From contig OX597832.1 in NCBI GenBank assembly GCA_951406725.2, positions 62,248,001 to 62,312,000 of the forward strand: a DNA stretch of 64,000 nucleotides, given 5' to 3'. Source of the DNA: Octopus vulgaris (taxonomy: Eukaryota). Position numbers and translations under genes: made by a program. The notes below the pieces were generated by a model that was given only the letters and a program-made list of their open reading frames with translations, did not search any database and was not told the origin of the DNA. Positions within the stretch are counted from its first letter, which is position 1. Each line of letters begins with the position of its first letter. This document shows, piece after piece, positions 57,611 through 64,000 of the stretch.

Positions 57611-58835
57611 TATTTCAGTGGATATCGATCCCAGTAGTTGATTGTTCCATCAATTTATTGAATGAGACCTGAAGGGAAAAAAAAGTGATATTGTTCTCAG
57701 CGAGGTTTGAACTCAGAATACTAGCAGCCGTAAGTTAGAAATAAATAATGAAGATGAGATTGATGATGAAAGATGACGTGGAAAGATAATGAAGACGGGA
57801 ATGATTAAGTTGATGATAATTACGAGGATGATTAAATATGCTAATTATGACCGTGATGACCATAATGAAAGTAATGAAGCGAATGATAATGATGATGATG
57901 ATGATGATGATGAAGGTGAGGAGGAGGAGGAGGGGGAGGATGGCACGATATATTTTACAAAGGCAATGCTATCCAATGACAATGATGAAGTTCAAGGGAA
58001 GAGATGAGTGAAGAGGACGGACGGAATGAGGGAAATAATATTGGAGGTGGCCGCGATAAGAATGACAAAGGTGAGGGGTGGCAACCATTATGACGTCAAG
58101 GGTGGTAGTGATTAGGAGGAAGAGGGCAGGAGGAGGGTGTACCCGCCGTTAGGTAGTGTTTACCATTATGACGATGGCAGAAGACGATGATGTGGTGGTG
58201 GCGGCGACGATGACGACAACAAAATTGGTGATGATGATGATGATGATGTTAGTGATGGTTGTGGTGAGGAGGAGTAGGCGTAGAATAATGACTGAGGGAG
58301 GAGTAACATAATGAGGACATTATGAAGATGTCGCAATGGACGAAGTCGATGAGGATGAGGATGATGACGAGGATGATATCATCATCATCATCATCATAAT
58401 CATCATCAACAGCAGCAGAAGCATTATCATCGTCGTCAAGAACATCAATTATGGTGATGATGATCATGATGACGATCATCATCATCATCATCATTATCAT
58501 CATCACCTTCATCATCATTATCATGATGCGTGAATGATAATGTAATAGTGTTGTCAAGGTTGTTATATATGTGGTGGAGCCAATGGTAATGGTGATGATG
58601 CTTGTGGGGTGGTGGGGTTTACGATGGTCTTATCGGGTGGTAGTGGTGGTGGTGGTGGTTGTGGTGGTGGTGATGGTGTCATAGGTGTCAGTGTCTGTCA
58701 GTGGTGTGATGTGCTGACAATGGATGACGGCTACTACAATCAGAACCTCATTAACAAGAAATCTCATCAGATCAGCAGACAAGCCCCACAGTCAACCACA
58801 TACACACACATACACATACATACACATACACACAC

Positions 58836-58892
<57 letters not shown>

Positions 58893-58927
58893 TTTTAATA
58901 ATATATAATATTTATATTTTTTATATA

Positions 58928-58958
<31 letters not shown>

Positions 58959-59059
58959 CAATGTATGCATGTGCATATACATATACATATTTATATATAT
59001 ATATATATATATATTGTGTTGTATGTATATATATATACATATTTATATATAAGTGTGTT

Positions 59060-59139
<80 letters not shown>

Positions 59140-60082
59140 CACACATACATATTTATATATATGCTTATTCTCATATAGTACAAACAGCCAACAACATCCA
59201 GAAGCCACACCGCCAACACCACTCAATATCAATACATCATCATCATCATCACCACCACTACCACCACCATCATCATTGTCATGAACAACATCATAATCCT
59301 CATCACCTTAATCCACCACCATCATCATCATCATCCGCTCCACCACCACCACCATCATAACCGTGATGGCCGTCAGCACCACCGCCACAATCAGAACCAA
59401 CACCACCTCCGATACCTACATAGGGAATGACGACATCAGCAACAAGGACAGGAACAACAACAATAATCAGAAAGCAAAGAACAACAAAAACAAGAACAAC
59501 AACAACGAATGCGACAACAATATCAATGACGACAGAAGCTCCAAGATAAAACAATGACAACACAATGGTCAATCAGCTGAAGAACTATTCTTTGACAATG
59601 ACAACGAAGAATCGGTGATAAATTTAACATAAAACAACGAACAGAGTTGTTAGATGTGATGGAGTGGAATCCCACAAGGAACAGATTAAATTTCCACTAA
59701 CTCATACGGAACATCGGAACAAAAAAAGAAAAGAGAGGAAAGAGTAGATACATACGTATGTGGACGGAAGGGTGTGCGTGCCTACATACGTATACATGTA
59801 CACGTATATATATTTATATATGTGTGTGTTTGTATATATGTGTGTGTGTGTGTCTCTATATATATACATGTATATGTGTAGACGTGCACAGATATATATG
59901 TGTGTGATTGGGGTGAGGGAGAGAGGGGGAGGGAGAGGTGCTGTTCCGGCTCAGAAGGGGAGATCATATAGTTCCTATTAATGTGAGGTTAATGAGTGGC
60001 TTTGAACGTAACGTGTTAATGGGAGGATTTCAACTTTGATGTTGGCGGGTTCAATACACACACACACACACATACATTTTTG

Positions 60083-60163
<81 letters not shown>

Positions 60164-60198
60164 CATATATATATATACATATATGCATACATATATAC

Positions 60199-60233
<35 letters not shown>

Positions 60234-60259
60234 ACATTTATATACATACATCTTATCAA

Positions 60260-60290
<31 letters not shown>

Positions 60291-60489
60291 AATATATAAA
60301 TTTATATACATACATATTAACAAATACAAATACAAATATGCATATACACATGTGAATACATATATGTGTATGTCTGTGTATATATATGTATATATATAAA
60401 TATATATATATGTATATATGTATATATATATATATGTATACACACACATATAAATATATATCTATGTATGTACGTATATATATATATTA

Positions 60490-60529
<40 letters not shown>

Positions 60530-61275
60530 ATATATGTATGTATATGGATGTATGTATATTTGTATATGCATGTGCACACATATACACCAATCGTTTTGTT
60601 TTCTACTTGTTTAAGCATTATATATTTTATACATCGTTCCTCTACCTTCCTTGTCCGTTCGTTAGATAAGCTACGAAACCACCACCCAGATAAAGATAGT
60701 CAACAAAATAAACAGCAAACAACAACAAAAACAATAGCAAAGAAAACAAAGAACACACAACAATAACAACGAAAACAAAGAACAAACAACACACAAATCA
60801 CACAACAATTATTTCGTGCAGTCGAAATCATTTGTGACAAATACTAAAATAATAGCGATTATAATGATGAATAAGATTACACACTGTTTTTTCTTATGTC
60901 TGTTTTACGTTTTTAACTTTCCTTTTTTTTTTTCCTCCATTTTCTATCTTATTTGTACTGTCAAGATTTATTTCGCTTTGATTGGGATTCGATTTTTATA
61001 GATTTTTTTCTCAATTTTTTTATTGTTTAGTTTATCATCTATTATTCGTTTATCAATGAACAGTCAGCGTCCATTCTGGGGTACACGCATTAAAAGGGTT
61101 TTAGTGAAGTAATTTCACCACCCCACCGCTTCGTTTTATTTTCATAGAAACCGGTCTTTATTTAAACGTTCTCTTAAGACAAACCGCTAAGTCGCAGGAA
61201 CATAAGTAAAGTAGCATCAATTCTCAAGTTATGAGGGGTGGGGAATACAAGCACAATAACTCCGCATCTCTTCTC

Positions 61276-61311
<36 letters not shown>

Positions 61312-61332
61312 ATGTATATATATATGTATGTA

Positions 61333-61413
<81 letters not shown>

Positions 61414-61454
61414 TGTATGTATATATACATAGGTAGTTATGTATATATACATGT

Positions 61455-61786
61455 CCAGCTGGACTCAAGAGTCAACTTCGTAGTCATAAAACGAGACAGA
61501 TGAGTGACAACCTGGCCACTGGTGGTGGTGTAACACACCATACTAATCATATCTGTCAGGCATGTGGAAGAGAGTGTAATTCGGCAGGAGGACTTAAACG
61601 ACATGCAAAGGTACATGAAGCCCAGTTACAACTACAGCCGGCTATTACCGGTAAAGGTTTTAGTTGCCAATTCTGTACAAGACATTGTAGATCTTTAGCT
61701 GGGCTAAAAAGTCACATTCGATCAGAGCACCAGTAACAGTTAAATTTCGTGCAATGGCCATACTCGATAACGAGGGGGCAGCCATA
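61455..61786 (+). mobile_element. Probable RTE-type LINE 3' end encoding two C2H2-like zinc fingers
   Basis: ORF 61500-61736 has CQACGRECNSAGGLKRHAKVH and CQFCTRHCRSLAGLKSHIRSEH, a short 3' UTR and TA-rich tracts on both sides. Confidence 0.65.
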
Positions 61787-61820
61787 ATATATACATATAT
61801 ACATATATACATATATACAC

Positions 61821-61948
61821 GAAGGAAGGGAAGAAGGAGGGCTTAACGTTTCGAGCGGAGCTCTTCGTCGGAATCATAGGAGAAGGAAAGATCCAGAGAA
61901 GGGAAGACAGAGGGAAAAAAATCGCCAACGGTACACACGGGGTCACAT
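61821..61948 (-). mobile_element. Copy of the 25517 element with hammerhead motif at 61841-61875
   Basis: Minus strand CCGACGAAGAGCTCCGCTCGAAACGTTAA is identical to 25584-25612. Confidence 0.75.
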
Positions 61949-62332
61949 ATACATATATATTAAACGCAGGTCTTATTCAAATCTTTTTATTACCGCATAT
62001 CGTTCGAAGAAAACGTTGGTATTATTTCTAGAATGTATAAAATGGTGTAAAACAGTGCAATCTTCTCACCAGGTACTTGTATGAATTTTTGCTACCTTGG
62101 TAACTATTTATTTATTTTTTCCGTGTTATTTGTAAACATTGAAATCTACTGGAAGCACAAAGCTTCAAATCTAGGGGGAGGGATTAAGTCCATTACATCG
62201 GGCTAATGCATAACTGGTAATTATTTAATCAACCCAGAAAGGACGAAAGGCAAGGCCAACGCCGCCAGAATTTTAAATAATAATAATAATAATAGTAATA
62301 ATAATAATAATAATAATGAGAAGAAGAAGAAG

Positions 62333-62428
<96 letters not shown>

Positions 62429-62431
62429 CAT

Positions 62432-62833
62432 TCTTTCTACTGTAGTCACAAGGCCCGAAATTTTTGGGAAGGGAGCCAGTCGGTTAGATCGACCTCAGTA
62501 CGCAACTGGTATTTCATTTATCTACGCCGAAATGATGAAAGTGAAAGGCAAAGTCAACCTTGGCGGAATTTGAACTCAGAGCGTAAAGACACGAAATACC
62601 TATTTTTTACTACCCACAAGGGGCTAGACACAGAGGGGACAAACAAGGACAGACAAACGAATCAAGTCGATTATTTCGGTTCTAGTACGCAACTGGTACT
62701 TATTTAATCGACCCCGAAATGATGAAAGGCAAAGTCGACCTCGGCGGAATTTGAACTCAGAACGTAATGGCGGACGAAATACCACAAGGCATTTCGCCCG
62801 GCGTGCTTAACGTTTCTGCCAGCTCGCCGCCTT
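62432..62833 (-). mobile_element. Family-B2 SINE nested in a family-B SINE
   Basis: GGTATTTCGT is duplicated around a body ending CCCCTTGTGGGTAGTAAAAAATA. Confidence 0.85.
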
Positions 62834-62837
62834 AATG

Positions 62838-62903
<66 letters not shown>

Positions 62904-62905
<2 letters not shown>

Positions 62906-63132
62906 GTGCAAAAGATTGTCTTAACTGGTACATCACACGTATTGAGAAGAGCATTGTCGATGTGAGAACTGTTGCTGCTCATGTATTTTAATTTAACTTA
63001 AAAAAAAAAAAAAATGAACGAACTATTGAGTTTGGTTTAATGGCCTACCAATGTATACTATGAGTTTCTTTGCCCTAGGAGTCGGGAAGACAGTCGGCAA
63101 GAAATGTAAGCAAATTTGAAAGAAGAAAAAAA

Positions 63133-63133
<1 letters not shown>
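62904..63133 (+). mobile_element. R4/Dong-type retrotransposon extreme 3' end inserted in (TAA)n
   Basis: VQKIVLTGTSHVLRRALSM* C-terminus; 3' UTR CCCTAGGA...GGG...TCGGC shared with the 47875 fragment; (TAA)n on both sides. Confidence 0.8.
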
Positions 63134-63193
<60 letters not shown>

Positions 63194-63222
63194 TAATAAT
63201 AATAATGATAATAATAATAATG

Positions 63223-63301
<79 letters not shown>

Positions 63302-63321
63302 CAATAATAATAAAAACAATA

Positions 63322-63352
<31 letters not shown>

Positions 63353-64000
63353 CTAAAGCTAATTAAGCATTATTGACAAGCGATATTTTCTAGTTGTTTT
63401 CAACATCAAATTGCTACCAACATAAATTAAATTAGTTGGTAATAAATTAATTTAAATCTGTGGCAGGATAAAATTAAATAATATTTCTGAAGAAGATTAA
63501 AATGAATGGTCAGTAGCTATTTATTTTATAATAGCTCTAAAGTGGGATAAAAGCCATAATTGACCAACGGTAAGAATCGACACGAAGAAAGTGGAAAAAT
63601 TGTTTGTGCTTTCATTAATATTTATTGTCCCGCTTTATTGTGGTTCAATAAACATATACTGTTTAATTTTTCAAATCATACATTCGAATTTCATATTGAT
63701 AACGAACAAATCAATCATAGCAAACTTATTGATTTTCCATTACAAAGAATAAGAAGCAAATTGTAATGATATATGTCCACGAAGGTGAATGCCTTTATGA
63801 CTATTGGTTCGGTTCTTCAACGACACTTTTACTGAATTTTATTATTTTCTTAACAATTTCAGTGGGTGAAATAACGGGCAGTAAAACATCAGCGAAGAAT
63901 AAATAACCATTTCTACACTAGGCACAAAGGCCTGAAATGTTGGGAGAGGAGGCAAGTCGATTAGATCGAACCCAGTACGCAACTGGTACTTAATTTATTG

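Overview
AT-rich eukaryotic DNA that is almost entirely microsatellites and interspersed repeats. The SINE families and extreme (TA)n/(CA)n/(TAA)n load look like a coleoid cephalopod (Octopus-type) genome; this assignment is from recognition, not a search. I found no host protein-coding exon, and nearly all ORFs in the track are translated simple repeats. Supportable features: four tRNA-derived SINE families; decayed LINE pieces (R4/Dong-type, Tx1/L1, CR1-like, RTE); Tc1/mariner, pogo-type and piggyBac remnants; a Helitron and a Helentron-type HINE. The most interesting signal is a set of short elements in or next to dinucleotide tracts that carry minimal type I hammerhead ribozyme motifs with palindromic stem III, the architecture known from Penelope-like elements. 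One (21964-22014, minus) is structurally complete and has the core C3-G8 pair swapped to G3-C8; two others lie in long fold-back palindromes. Also notable are a SINE subfamily repeatedly nested in copies of its own family, a TAA-bounded non-coding element and a SINE/LINE shared 3' tail. All structures were read by eye and none is experimentally tested.
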